NCBI RefSeq assembly: GCF_026210795.1 | Contig: NC_089434.1 | Span: 1,178,001 to 1,242,000, forward strand | From: Rhizophagus irregularis | Taxonomy: Eukaryota | DNA: 64,000 bases | Direction: 5' to 3' | The notes under the pieces: generated by a model | Databases searched by the model: none | The model's input: only the letters and a program-made list of their open reading frames with translations | What the model was told of the DNA's origin: nothing | Program-made: the position numbers and the translations under genes | Shown: in pieces, positions 50,900-64,000 of the stretch | Layout: each line of letters begins with the position of its first letter | How positions within the stretch are numbered: the stretch's first letter is position 1

Positions 50900-53800
50900 A
50901 ACACAACATACTGCAATACAACTTTTTCATAATTGAAGGTATTATTTTGTAATTTTTACAAAAGTATTAAGAAAATGACGAAAATTATGTTAAGAAAAAA
51001 AATTATATAATGATTCTGTTTTTATGTCGATCAAAGTAATAAGTTAATTATTGTTTTTATGTCGATCAAAAAAAATAATACTTTGTAGTTTTAATAACTT
51101 ATAGTCTATAATAAAGTTTCATTTTTTGTTTTTTTGCATCAACTTTTTAACTTTTCAAGGTACGACATGTATTTTTTACTATATTTCTATGATGATTTCT
51201 TTTGAAATAAATTTATATTTCATATTTTTTTTTCGTCATTATTATTTTATTAACAAAAAAAAAAATTTTTTTTTCACACGAAATTAAGATAACGTAACTG
51301 ATTTACCTTTTATGATCGTATATATAACCCATTTTCAAACCTCAACCTCCCAGCACTCAAATATACAAAATGAGTGATTACTAAACTTCTATAGTATATA
51401 TATGGTGGTGTATATATATGGTGTATATATATAAAATATATGAGATGTTATGAGATGTTTGATCATTATCATCCATAACATATCTTTTTATTATCCCACG
51501 TTCCTAGTTAAAATTTGTGATTTTTTTTTTCTTGGTATTCTCACGGGTGATGTTTATTTGAAAAGATGGGTAAAAAGTCTATCAATATTGGAATAAAAAG
51601 TCTATCATTATTAGAATTATAGTCAAAATAAGTATATTAAAGGGCTTTATAGTATGGATACCGTGGGATAAATCAGTTATTTCACGGAGTCACTGATTTT
51701 CACGGCGCAGCCGTGAAAATCACAATTCCCCGTGAAATAACTAGGATGTCAACATAAATGGAAAATCAATACGGGAAAGGTCAAAATCTGATGTCTCAAC
51801 GAGAAAGACCGAAATACAATTTTTAATAAACCGTTCTTTGTTATATAGATAATACCTGAACAATATTGACCCATCCTACTTAACAACTAAAAATATGAAA
51901 ATAATAACCTTTTGATTGGTTTATTAATAAATAAAATTGGAAGAAAAATAAAAATTATTATTTGTCAAACTTTTTTAATATATCTGATGATATAATATTA
52001 TAATTTTTAAGTATACACAAACTAACGTGTGAAATCACATGATATTTGATCTTACTACTAACATAACTACGATCGATGTAAGCGACTTTACTAAAAACGT
52101 TTAACTGATGATCACTTGTTCAAACGTAGTAAGCTAATTTTACCGTATTTCTATGGTAATTTCTCAATAATTGCTAATAAATGATCAAAACCTGTTAATA
52201 AAAGAAAAAAAAATTGCTATGCGAAGATTTTTTTCCATGAAAAATTTACCTCATTTTACACATATAACTCTCCATACTTAATGAGCAAATGTATAAAAAT
52301 ACTCATTTCATCATGTCAGCTTAATTCTAACTATCTCAACACCACGCTTGTCATAATCACGCACGCATTCTTTTTAAATCAGAAGATACATTATAAAATA
52401 GTATATAATTATTGTTATCAAATAATTTCTCTCGCGAAGGAACTAAAAGCTTAGTAAGTTTAATGAGAAAATTTAAATAATTTTGAAAATAAAGAAAATT
52501 TCACAATTCACATACATTATGTCAGAAATGCCATGATAAGATGAAAGCGATTCGCTATTTGAACCTAACAAAATCCCATTAGCCATTGTCACCAGATTCG
52601 ACCTTATCAAATATAATTGTAATCTGTAAGATTTACAAAATTTGTCTTACATAATTAGCACAAAAATTTTTTACTCTAATAAAAAAAAAAAGAAATTAGT
52701 TTCACAATACACGAACAAAAACAGTTAAGATCATGTTGATTGATATGAAATCTACCTAACAGCTATAGCACTAGATCGTTATCATCTTTTATGTATATAG
52801 CCTCTTAACAATTCTTTTTTATATTAAAAAGAATTTGAGATATATGCGAATTAGGGTAGGCAATAAGACATATCAAATATTTCCTTTAAAAGGGAAAGAG
52901 AGAGGACAAGAACGTATATCTTACTAGGCGGAAGTCCTGTTTAGGGTATTTGGGGTCGTAAAACAAGCTATCGCCAATCTCAATCATCTCGAGGCTTCTT
53001 AACAAAACCTAAAAAATAAAAGAATTTTATTCAAATAATTTGTAATAGTATTATTAGAAAATGAAACGTTATAACATTTTGTCAACAAATAAATAAAACG
53101 AAAAATAAGCCATTTAAAAAAAGATAAACTACCATCATGTCGATTAACATATGATTAGTTTATGTGTTGACGAGCAAATACTACGTTTCCTTGTTCAGTA
53201 GGTGCCAATATAATCAGTATATTGTTCTCGTCATTTATTTAAATTCGGGTTGTTTGAAGCTCTGAAATGTAGATTGAGTTTGGAATAAGGTAATTAAGAA
53301 TTATCTTGAGACTCTTTATATACCAGGAAATCTAGCTTACTGAAAAACATTTCAATGATATAGCTCGATCATGAATTGATTGATTGATATGGATGACATG
53401 AGCACGAGTCAGCAGTTACTATTATAGTAAAATTAAAGAATTCACAGTCACGAGAACCACTCCATCTAGAAAATGAAATAAAGAGACTATTAAGAATTAA
53501 CTCTTAAGATTTTGTAATACTTACGTAGCTCGCATTCAGCCTAATGGTTTTAAGGGTTTTGATTTCTTGATGATATGATCTATGTTCAAAAAGAAAGAAA
53601 CATTGAGACACAATGAGCTTAGATAAATGAAGATTTATTTATAGAGTATTTATGGAAAAGTTTTACCTATATTTGGTTCGTGGTACAAAGATGCAAACCC
53701 AAACGGTCTCAGATAATGTCAAGCATCGAAAATGAGATATACTAGTGGCTTCATTATTTCGTTTGAAGTAAAATTCTTGCGTTAATTGATTTAACAATTA

Positions 53801-54500
53801 CTTATGAACAACGCCAAATTAAAGAGCATTTGGAGAATTAAGAATAAATAATAAATTCGAATATACAGAATCCGATACTAACACGTACCTTATCTTATTA
53901 GTTGTTCTTTAACGTTTAAAAAACACTGGCGCCTGAAAATTGAGTGATTAATTTTGTCATAATAGTGGCAAAATTACTGAGCCTTATAGGCTTGTATCTC
54001 CTATATATTAATTGAAAGTTTTACTCAATGAATTAATGATTCATTTATAACGTTCAATTTATTTCTAACAATAAGACTACATAAAAATAATTTGTTACAA
54101 TTTTTAGTTCTAAATAAACAATTATATACATATTTATGTGTACAGATAAATAAAACCTGTGTTAAACTGACACACCGTGAACGTCAAACGACAAAAGTAC
54201 TCTGGAATTGTCTCTCTTCCTCAAAGCTGTAAGACAATAATTATTTATCATCATTTTTTCATTTAAGCTTCAAATTATTTAATCAATACGTCTAAAATAA
54301 AGCTACTATCTTAAAAGCTAAATAATAATTCATCTCCATTAATTTTGACGGCACCTTTGATATCGTATTTTAATCGTACTATCATCCCAGCTTGCATATA
54401 AAGTCTTACGTATCCCTCTATAAAGGTTCCAGCATTCGGTACGTTCACGTTCAAAAAAATTTCTTGTTCTAGTTCCAGGTCTCCATTTACGTGTCCAAGT
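50900..54500 (+). repeat. Segmental duplication copy A (paralogous to ~61400-64000)
   Basis: Collinear shared blocks: ttgtttttatgtcgatcaaaaaa, atatttctatgat.atttcttttgaaataaatttatat, aagataacgtaactgattt, tttctatggtaatttc, gttcgtggtaca, acacgtaccttat, gtcataatagt, then the 3' end of the small gene. Confidence 0.85.
51675..51742. repeat. Nested perfect inverted repeat (hairpin) with GCA triloop
   Basis: agttatttcacgg / ccgtgaaataact (13 bp) encloses tgattttcacggc-gca-gccgtgaaaatca (13 bp). Confidence 0.9.
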
Positions 54501-54760
54501 TTAGTTCCGGTTCCAAGATCAGTTACACTCATTTCAACTGACGGTGGAACTTGAAATACCTTTCCTTTAAACTCGATAAAGCCGATAATTATTATATTGA
54601 ACTCTTTACAGTTCTTATCATTAAGGTCTTTTGGATTAGAAATAACTGGCGACATGGTTATGTTAAACTCATTCTCGTTCTCTCCACGATTAATTTGTGT
54701 GGACATGATTATAGCAAAAAAAACTAGTACAATATATGTCGAAACTATGTAAAAGAACAT
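54311..54760 (-). CDS. Small beta-strand-rich hypothetical protein (149 aa, or 131 aa from ATG at 54706)
   Basis: Intronless ORF, GC-richer than flanks, with alternating hydrophobic pattern. A paralog conserved at protein level at 63842-64000 supports coding status. Confidence 0.8.
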   Translation of the reverse strand: MFFYIVSTYIVLVFFAIIMSTQINRGENENEFNITMSPVISNPKDLNDKNCKEFNIIIIGFIEFKGKVFQVPPSVEMSVTDLGTGTKLGHVNGDLELEQEIFLNVNVPNAGTFIEGYVRLYMQAGMIVRLKYDIKGAVKINGDELLFSF

Positions 54761-55939
54761 AAAATTCTCTTGTTAATATTATATTTATTTGGAATATTCT
54801 ATAATATTTCTGGAAAAAAAAATGAACCTTGAAATTTTTATCCTAGGGCGAATAATGAACTCGAAGATAATAATTATTAACTGATTGGTAATTAGAATGA
54901 GCACAATAAAAAAAAAACGCCATTCCTATTATGAAGGTCACATAACGTGAGAGAATTGATTAGCGGATTACTGATCAATAATAAAATATTCGGTAATATA
55001 AATTATATTTATAGATTATGTGATACACCAATACGAGAGCCAATTAGATCAATTGATCTAGAATGGGTATCAATAAATAAAGAAATCAAGATTGCGGAGG
55101 TACTTCACTTATTTGATAAGTACCTTAAAGGTACTCAGGTATATTGTACAAATTCCATTTTTTATAATGAATGAAATTCAGATATTTTTTTATTCTTTGC
55201 GATCAACTTGAATAGTTCCCGGGAAATGTACTATACTAAAGTAGTTACTATAGATTTCGTAGTTTGTATCGTCTCAAATGATGGTGTATTTATCAAATTG
55301 GGACTCGGGAATAATATTATCAATGATATAATTAAGATCCAGAGACTTCTAAAAGGCAAATATTATCCCTTACTTGACGATTTAATGGGAAAGTTAAGAG
55401 TTACATTTTATAAGACTTTATTTCATTCTATGAAGTTGATAAATTCCTAAGCATAATGAAAGACGCCATCCCTATTTTGAAAGTTGCATAATATGAGAAA
55501 TTTTTAATTAATAGATGACCCTGGTAACACTGATACATGCACGTCAATTGAATTGGATCTAGAGATGATATAAATAAATAAAATAACAATTCACTTGCAG
55601 TTTGTGTATCATTTCGATTGTGTAATGAATAATGAAAGAGTCGTACAGTACATGGTACATGAGAAAATAATTACTCTGAAGTAAATCCTTTACGTGATAA
55701 CAACACCAAATTTAATATAATTTTCGTTACTGTTTATGTGTCTATTATTAGACTTTATTTCGTGAAGTTGAGAATTAGGAGAAATATTACATAATACAGT
55801 AAAAGCGCCATCCGGCTCATCCCTATTATGGAATTTTAAAAGGGGGAAATCGCTTAGCGAGTTATCAAAAAGGGAAGAAATTAAATGTAGATGATGAGAA
55901 TTATCGGCACATCCCTATCTTTAACGTTAACAAAAGTCT

Positions 55940-57130
55940 GTTGTGTAAGGTATTTATATATAAGGGAGATGTTATACTCAAAATTTTATTCTTATCATTT
56001 TCCTTCCCATTTAATATAATATGTATTTTCGTTATTTTCGCTTGCACTAAAAATAAGTGAAAATTTTTCTTAATTTTCTCGAAATTATTTTAATATATTG
56101 CCTATGGATTACTTATCTTGAATATTTCAAAATTTTGAAAAAGATCAAAGATTATTATATTCTTATTATATTTGTGAGCCGATTATATATGCCATCTCAA
56201 GCTCTTGTTCGTGCGACGATTTCATTAAAATTGAAAATTAAAGCTTAATCCAAATCGTATGGACGAAATGAAAAGCAGTTTGCTTTATCTGTTTTATAAG
56301 ATACTTTGAGGTAAGTTCTATGCGTTTTAAAGAGTTGGATTGAATTTGCTCATGTTGTTAGTAAAGAGATCTGTGAAATCGCGAAAGAAATCATAAAATT
56401 AAAGTTTATTAATCGGGACCAATTTTCTTAGCAAATCCATGAGACATCATAATAGACGAAAATCTCTGAGTAATAAAAAAAAGTGTGTCAAAGTGGTACA
56501 AGCAGCACAAAATGTTCAATACTACATCACCACGTGAAAGATGCGTTACTTAACAACTATCCATTAAAAGACTCATTTAAGAAGAACTCGTTCCTCAGAA
56601 GTCAGAGCTGGAAAGTGAGAGAAAAAGTTTTGCAAATTCAATGAAACCTCAATGGTTTTATAAAGTTCAAATCTTTATGGTCGTTAATTTATGAGGTGTG
56701 TCATTTGTTGTTATAAGAACTTGAGTTTAAAGATCCTGTCATGGATTAACAATTGAATCATTGGAACCTAGATTCCGCAATTTTCAATCTTCTTAATTGA
56801 AAATTCATCAGCTACAGCATATTCTCTCAACATGATGATTAAAAATTCGAGGCGTACTGGCTAATTATTTCCAAATTTAACAATTTCAGTTCATATGATG
56901 ATGAAATCGATTATTTGGCACATTGTTTACGGTCTTTCTTCTGTTACATTAGCCGGACCGCAAAGCCCAGACATTATAACACATAATCAATTACATTAAG
57001 AATTACGTCAATTCTTGATGTGCTTTAAAATATCGGTAGCGGATTTTTCACGGATGGTCATTCGGATAATTTAGTGAATCGTTTAAAGATCATGGGTTTA
57101 TTGATATTTTAGAAGTCGAAAATCGATAAC
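55940..57130 (+). pseudogene. Heavily decayed copy of the F-box gene at 14691-16670
   Basis: Collinear matches: tatttatata..ggag.tgttatact (upstream), ttgaaaaagatcaaa..t.attatattc, ttggattgaatt.gctcatgttgttagtaaaga, cttgtcatggattaac-like, aattcatcagct, attctctcaacatgat, gatgaaatcgat, ttacgtcaattcttgatgtg. Many deletions and stops. Confidence 0.88.
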
Positions 57131-59035
57131 TAATTAACTATGAGCTAAAAAAAAGGAGATGAAAATATGTTTCTCTATATAAGAGAACACTCATGAGGAG
57201 GTAATGTTTTAATATAAGATGATTTCAGCCTTTTTCAAATTTTAACGATAAAAAAAAGTTATTTATTCATCCGATGGCTCTTGTTGGGTTTTATTATTAG
57301 GAATGGTGCTAATATGCATGGATCGGGTTCGACTCCAAAGCTCATGAAAAAGCAGTAGATCCAATATGCGATTAATGTTCCACGGTCTCTTAGTGATGTC
57401 TCGGTGATGTTCCATGTGATCTACTTTGATTCCTGTTAGTTGTTCGTCATGGGATATTGGCCGATTATTGTGTAATGGATACGTTCCTGTAAGTTAGAAT
57501 CAGTATAACCGTCAAGTACCAGAAAGTGTTTTCCAGGCGATGCTCCCTTCCTCTACGCTATTAGTTTCGTCCAGGACAGGACAGCAAATCTATCAACACG
57601 GTGGTGGCTGATCTCATATTTTAATTTATCATGTCCATCTTATTTGTAAGAATATTTGAAGTTCGTATTATCTCTAATCTCAAACCAAATTCACCCTGTT
57701 CTTTATCATCCAGATTCATTTCATGCAAAACCAATGATTGATTGGCTGCTTAAGCTTCTGACGGTCCTGGTAGTGATACAACGTTTAAATCAACCACAGA
57801 AATGTCAAAACCTAGGTTTACCTTTAATCGATGTAGAATTGGTCTGATTATAAAAAAACAATCAATGACATTTAATTGCAAATCAAGGCACAACGACAAA
57901 ACATATCAAATACGTACACTGCCACAAGCGACAAATTTCCCTCGTAAAAGATCACTTGACCAATGCCGAAACAAGATTTTGATCCACAAGGATGAATTCC
58001 ATAACTTTTAATACATAATCTTCGTTGGACCATCATCCAAGTGTGTAACTGCTGCAATGTAAGTAGCACAATGCGGACATATTTTTTTACTAGTTAAATG
58101 GTGGCGGAAAGATGAAGTTTTTCATATGTACACATCCATATTGAAAAGAAATAAGACTTCGCATCTTTACAATCTCATCTTCTCATTTTTTCTAGCTCGA
58201 GCTTATACATAATATGGTGAATAGCGCAAAAATTATGGTAAGATCAGTAAGATAATTAAGGAAGTGTTTCTGGGAAAGAATTAAGAATTTTTAATTTTGT
58301 ATTATTATATTACTATTTGTATTTATACAGGATGATTGAAGGTACATTCTTATATAATTTTTTTTATTAAATGGATTTAATGAGCAATGCGTATACATTT
58401 TTTTATCAATGCTTTGGATAATTATTTTTTAGTGTTTAATTAATTTTGTATTTGATGATTTCCTAATAAATCCTAATTTTTACTATATGTCCTTTTTTTT
58501 GCATCCTGAATAAAAATTTTGAGCAGATCGATTATCTCATGATATCTCGTGATAATTGATGAGACACACAATTGTGTGACAAACAAGAAAAGTTCACGGT
58601 GTGACGACTGTGACGGTGCGGTTAGGATGATATTAACTAAGGATTATTAAAAAACACCATTAGAAATATTTAATAAATACTTTTGTAAATAAAATTCGAC
58701 ACAGATCAACTATTTCAATCGTAGTTATAGTTCATTTCGACACTATTCAAAAAAAAAAAAAAAATAACGAATAACCAAATTAACTTCTTAACATTAAAGT
58801 TTTAGTGTTACGTGATAATCTTGATTTCGTTCAGGGGACAATTAAAAAAAGGAAATAGTGGTGATTTTTGTGAAAGGACACAGAAAAAAGGAGATAGTCT
58901 TTTCCGCGAACCGGATAATTAATAGTGTAAAAAAATTAATTTTTTGGCGTATAGACCGTTACACATGAAAAATATTATATAATGTTCCAATTCAATTTTA
59001 ATTTTATATACTACGAAAAAAAAAAAATTGCATCA

Positions 59036-61213
59036 ATGTCCGATATTCGAAATGAATTAGTTTATACGACAATTAGTAATATAAATCAGTGGATTATAAT
59101 ATTCATAATGATATACATAAACAATATGAATTTAGAAAACAACAAGTTCTTACTGATGATTCTCTTACAAATGATGAAAAAACTGAAGCGATAAAAATAT
59201 TAAATAAAAATTATGATAGACACAAAATTCTTTATAATTCAGGAACAAAAAGAATTTGTGAAAATTGTAAACAAGAATGTTTAGCTACAACATATTGTGA
59301 ATTTTGTGTTCGAGATTATCTAGAGGCAAATTTTTCAAATGGTCATCTGGAAATTATGATATTGATAATTTAATACGAAAATGTCAAATAGAAACGCTTA
59401 GACCGGACATGATAGTTGAATGGATTCCGTATGAAAACTTTCAAAATATTAAATATCTAACAAAAGGTGGATGTTCTGAAATATATACAGCAATTTGGAT
59501 TGATGGACATTATTTCGAATGGAATCCTAAACAAAAGCAATTAAAGAGATTTGGAACGCAAGAAATCGTACTTAAGGGATTAGGAAATATTGAAAATTCA
59601 AGTAAAGATTGGTTTGATGAGGTTTGTGATCTAAAATTAATTACAGCACATATAATATTTATATTTAAAAAAATATTACTTTTTTTTATAGGCGAAATCG
59701 CATTTAACCATAAGCAATAAATGGGCATCGATAGTTCAATGTTACGGCATAACACAAGATCCTTCAGATGAAAATTATATGCTTGTAATGTTAGAAATGG
59801 CTATTGATTTAAGAAAATATTTACAAAAAAATCATAAACAACTTACGTGGAAAAAAAGAATTCAAATTACTAGTGACATAATTAATGCACTTTATAGAAT
59901 TCATTTGGAAAATGCAATTCATAGAGACTTACATTCTGGAAATATATTGTATTCAAAATTAAATCAACGATTTTGTATTAGTGATCTTGGATTTTGTGGA
60001 CCCGTTAATAAACCATTAAAAAGTACATATGGAAATCTTCCTTATATAGCGCCTGAAGTTATTATTGGAAAACAGACTACGAAAGCATCTGATATTTATA
60101 GTATTGCAATGCTTATGTGGGAAATTTCATCTGGACAACGACCATTTATTGGTTATGAACATAATTATGACCTTGCAATGAATATTGTTAATGGTATTAG
60201 GCCAAAGAATGTATTAGGAACTCCCTTAGAATATAAAAGTTTAATGAAACAGTGTTGGGATTCTGATCCATTAAAAAGGCCTGATATTTATACGATTTTA
60301 AAAAAAATAGATGAAATTAATTTATCGTATCAAAATACAAATGAATTTGAAGCAAATGATGATATAGAAATAATTATAACAAGTGATTTTGAGACAACAG
60401 AAACAAATTATGCAAACAGCCTATTGTCTACAAGTAAAATTTATCAATTCGAAAATTTATTTGAACCAAAAAATGCGACAGAAGGTATTTGTTAACTATA
60501 TATACTTGGTTAAAATCTTTTAATAAAATATTTTCTTTTTTAATTAAATGACAATAGAAGAGCAAGAAGGTATAAATTGACAATTTCTGCTTTTATTGTT
60601 TTTAATTTAATTATAAGCAATTTTTACAATATCTTTAATTTAACGTAGCGTTCCACAGTAAACCGTACGACTTTGAAATTCCAAATAATAGTAAGTATTT
60701 ATGATAACGATATAGTGTATTATTCAATAATTAATTGATTTTTTTTTTATTTCTAGTCAACAAATTAAGTTAATCAGACTTTTGAAGGTACAGTAATTTT
60801 GCTTCCGTCGTAATATACGAAAAAAAAATTATTTTTTATTACCGACCGATGAATAATGAATATTTGGTAATATAATTAACAGGCTACAAATAAATTCAAA
60901 GAATGGTAGTCGGATAATTATTCATGATTAATGGCTCAAAATGATTATAATGGCGAAAAAATAATGCTACAATAAAATATAAAGAAACATCATTTTGATA
61001 CTTATGGTACGTAAAATAATTATTTAAATTTTTTGTTACAATAATTAATAAATGTTTAAATAATAATAAATATATTATAATCCCAATTTAAATCCTAGGG
61101 TAATTTGAAATTCCTGACGTTAAAGAATTTTTTATTCTTTGACAAAAATATTTTAATTCGTTAACAATTTTTATTTATTTATTTTATTTACGGTATTTAG
61201 GGATGAATTGTAA
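59036..61213 (+). pseudogene. TKL kinase of the array family (K8), opposite orientation, two frameshifts in exon 1 (3' end approximate)
   Basis: ATG at 59036 (MSDIRNELV). Frame changes at ~59080 and ~59338. Exon 2 59692-60484 is intact (HRDLHSGN, DLG, APE). Micro-exon 60558-60569 (EEQE); exon 60649-60690 (AFHSKPYDFEIPNN). Confidence 0.82.
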
Positions 61214-61399
61214 ATAAGGTTTTTAAAATTACTTTGCAATAACAATTATCTTTTATATATATTAAAAATCTTTTATTTATTTATTATTTACTTTAATTTT
61301 GTAATTTAACGTTAAAAACGACTTTGTAAATAAGTTGAAATAAACAATTTTTTTTAAAAAAAAACCAAATCTATGAATTTTCACTACTGTGACATAAAC

Positions 61400-64000
61400 G
61401 CAGCAATCACAGCAATGAAACAATTAGTTTTTTGTTATCAAGATTTATGCCTTGAAGGTAAATTTTTTTTTTTTGCATAAGAAAATGAACGTTAAGAAAA
61501 ATGATATGTTTACTTTATATGTCGATCTTTAAAAGTAATGCTAATTCTTGTTTTTATGTCGATCAAAAAACGTTTACTTTGTAGTTTTATGATTTGTAGT
61601 TTTATAAAAAAAGATTTATTTATTGCTTTTTACATTTAACTTTTTCAAATTATGTCAATAAATTTTTTTTGTTATATTTCTATGATAATTTCTTTTGAAA
61701 TAAATTTATATATCATATTTTTTTTTCGTCATAATTATTTTATTAACAAAAAAATAATATTTTTTTTTCACATGAAATCAAGATAACGTAACTGATTTTA
61801 TCTATTCATGATTCGTTTATTCAGCCTATAAAAGCGGATTTAATTATTCAGAATGAATAATTACTTAACAATCTATAATATATACGTTTATAAATGAGAT
61901 ATATAATCAATATCATCCTTTCGTTTAAATAACATTCCTTTTTATTATAAAGTATTATTTTTAGTACAAATGATCAATATGAATAGGAACTAATACAAAA
62001 AGAAAAAGTTAATTCAAAAATTGATAAATTCAACTAAACAGGCTATAACGACAAATACAATTTTTGAAGCCATTACCTGGTTCAAGCAAAAATTGGTAAT
62101 ACTTTGCCGCTTGTTGAATATGATGATAAATTTTCTTGATTAATACCACCAAACATTAACAAAGTTGAAAGAATAAATACATTTTTTAGATTATGTTTCT
62201 AATCTAGACTTTTTTTCAAAAAATGTATGATACATATACAAGTAATATTAATCTACAAAACTGCGCTAAATCATATGATATTTCATCGACTGATTTTTTT
62301 AACGTGTTTCTATGGTAATTTCACTATACCGTTCTAAGTAAATGATTAAAAAAACTATTAATGCGAATTTTTCATCACATGGTAAATTTGTCTATTTGCA
62401 ATATCATTCTCATACTAACGAGTAAATTAAAAAAACTCACTTCACTAAAAGGGGAATATTATAAACGCATGATTAGAAGTTTGGAACGTGGTTATGTTGA
62501 AATGAAACCGATTCGTTATTTTGATAACCTAATAAAATTTTGATTGATTAATTTAAATCTGTGATTTACAAAATTTCGTTTAATAAAATTTCACACTTAA
62601 AACACTTAAAGAAAAGCGAATTAACAAATAATTTTACTTAACAGTTAAAGTCTACGCTTGATCGTTATAATAACTGCATATAGTCTCTTATTAGAAGAAA
62701 AAAAAAAATTTTTGATATAAATTCAGATGTGCTTTGAGAAGGTTGACTTCGTACCTGTTAGGTCGCACGCAAGGTGTACTAGGGGAGAGCCCTGTCTAAG
62801 TAGTGTTTGGTATCTTCATTCGTCTCAATCATAAGTATACCAATCCTAAAAGTATATGAAGTTTTTATTAATTGATTGAAATAGTTATATTATAAAATAA
62901 ACATTTTTATATTTATCAATAAATAAATAAAACGAAAAATTAACTAAAAAAGATCAACTACATCGCTTTGCTTATCAAATGGTTTACTTTGTTCATTTAT
63001 TAGGACTTTGATTTTTAGAGCTCTATAAATTAATGAAAGATTGAGATTAGAAAAAAGGAATTTAAGAAATTTATTTATTAATCTTTATATACAGAGGAAA
63101 TCTAATTTACTTTACCGGTCGCGAAATGATTGAAGTGGGCTGAGCATGAATCAGGAATTTCGAAATACACTATTATGGGTGAAATTGATAAGAAAGAGTA
63201 GGTTCGTAGATATAAAACCCGTTATATCTGGAAAATATTATTAGGATTAGGTACGCGTTCAGCCTGATATGTGATTTTCCTCGATTTCTTGAATCTTGAT
63301 TGCACGATCTAAGATTAATAAAAAATTACATTGACAGTATTTATAGAAGTGCCTTACCTAGATTTTGTTCGTGGTACAGTTTCGTTAATGATGCAAATTC
63401 AAACAAATTTTGGTTAATAACAAACAGTGAAAAAAAGAAGTATACTGGTAATAGTTCCTATGATCGTTTCATTTGAAGTAGAGATTCTTGCATCAATTGA
63501 CTATACTGAAATTAAAGAGCGTTGGAAGAATCAGAAGTGAATAATAAAATTCAAACACGTACCTTATATGACTAGCACCTGAAAAATTGGGTCATAATAG
63601 TCTATAAAAGTTAAAAAGTTGTTGATAAACCGGAAATATAAACATGTGTCTTTGTTAACTAAAGGTGTAACAAACGAATTAATAATTTTTAAGAAATAAA
63701 TATCTGATATGACCAATTTTATTTATAACAAATTAGACGTTACAAAAAAATAATTTAATACAATTTTTTGAAGATTAACAGAAAAGTAATACATATATGA
63801 AGTATAAATGAAACTTAAAATATAATTAATCCAACAATCCTTCAAAGATAAAATAATTGCACTTCATCTTTAATTTCAATTATGCCTTTCAGCTCATATT
63901 TTAAATATAATGCCTTTTCCTCCCACAGGTAAAAGATGACTTTACCTTCTAAAAAGGTTCCGGCGGCGTTCGGTGCATTAAAGTTTAGAATGATGGTATC
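61400..64000 (+). repeat. Segmental duplication copy B (paralogous to ~50900-54500)
   Basis: Same ordered shared blocks as copy A. Confidence 0.85.
63842..64000 (-). CDS. 3' part of a paralog of the small protein at 54311-54760 (partial)
   Basis: Manual translation DTIILNFNAPNAAGTFLEGKVIFYLWEEKALYLKYELKGIIEIKDEVQLFYL* aligns with QEIFLNVNVPNAGTFIEGYVRLYMQAGMIVRLKYDIKGAVKINGDELLFSF*. Confidence 0.85.
   Translation of the reverse strand, partial: DTIILNFNAPNAAGTFLEGKVIFYLWEEKALYLKYELKGIIEIKDEVQLFYL

Noticed and set aside
54947..55450. Two short + strand ORFs (75 and 80 aa)
   Set aside because: Non-ATG starts and no recognisable motif. At most a relic; not supportable as genes.

Overview
Very AT-rich eukaryotic DNA with short GT-AG introns. 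The gene families point to an arbuscular mycorrhizal fungus (Glomeromycota, Rhizophagus-like); this is an inference. The main feature is a head-to-tail array of seven ~4-kb units (K1-K7, ~18.1-47.1 kb, minus strand). Each unit encodes a tyrosine-kinase-like (TKL) protein kinase with an N-terminal helical region, a CxxC/CxxC motif and a micro-exon-encoded tail. Two more family members are present: a partial gene at the window start and an inverted, frameshifted copy at 59 kb. The array copies have near-identical non-coding DNA but hypervariable amino-acid patches and mosaic ancestry, resembling a diversifying recognition locus. Three adjacent copies carry independent transposon insertions in the same ~40-bp promoter window, one being an apparently intact 2473-bp hAT element. 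Also present: a TKL pseudokinase (HRD->HKN, poly-Asn activation loop); a ~1094-aa protein with ~30 SUMO-consensus sites interleaved with SIM-like motifs; an F-box/LRR gene and its decayed copy 41 kb away; several MITEs; and a ~3-kb segmental duplication carrying a small beta-rich protein gene.
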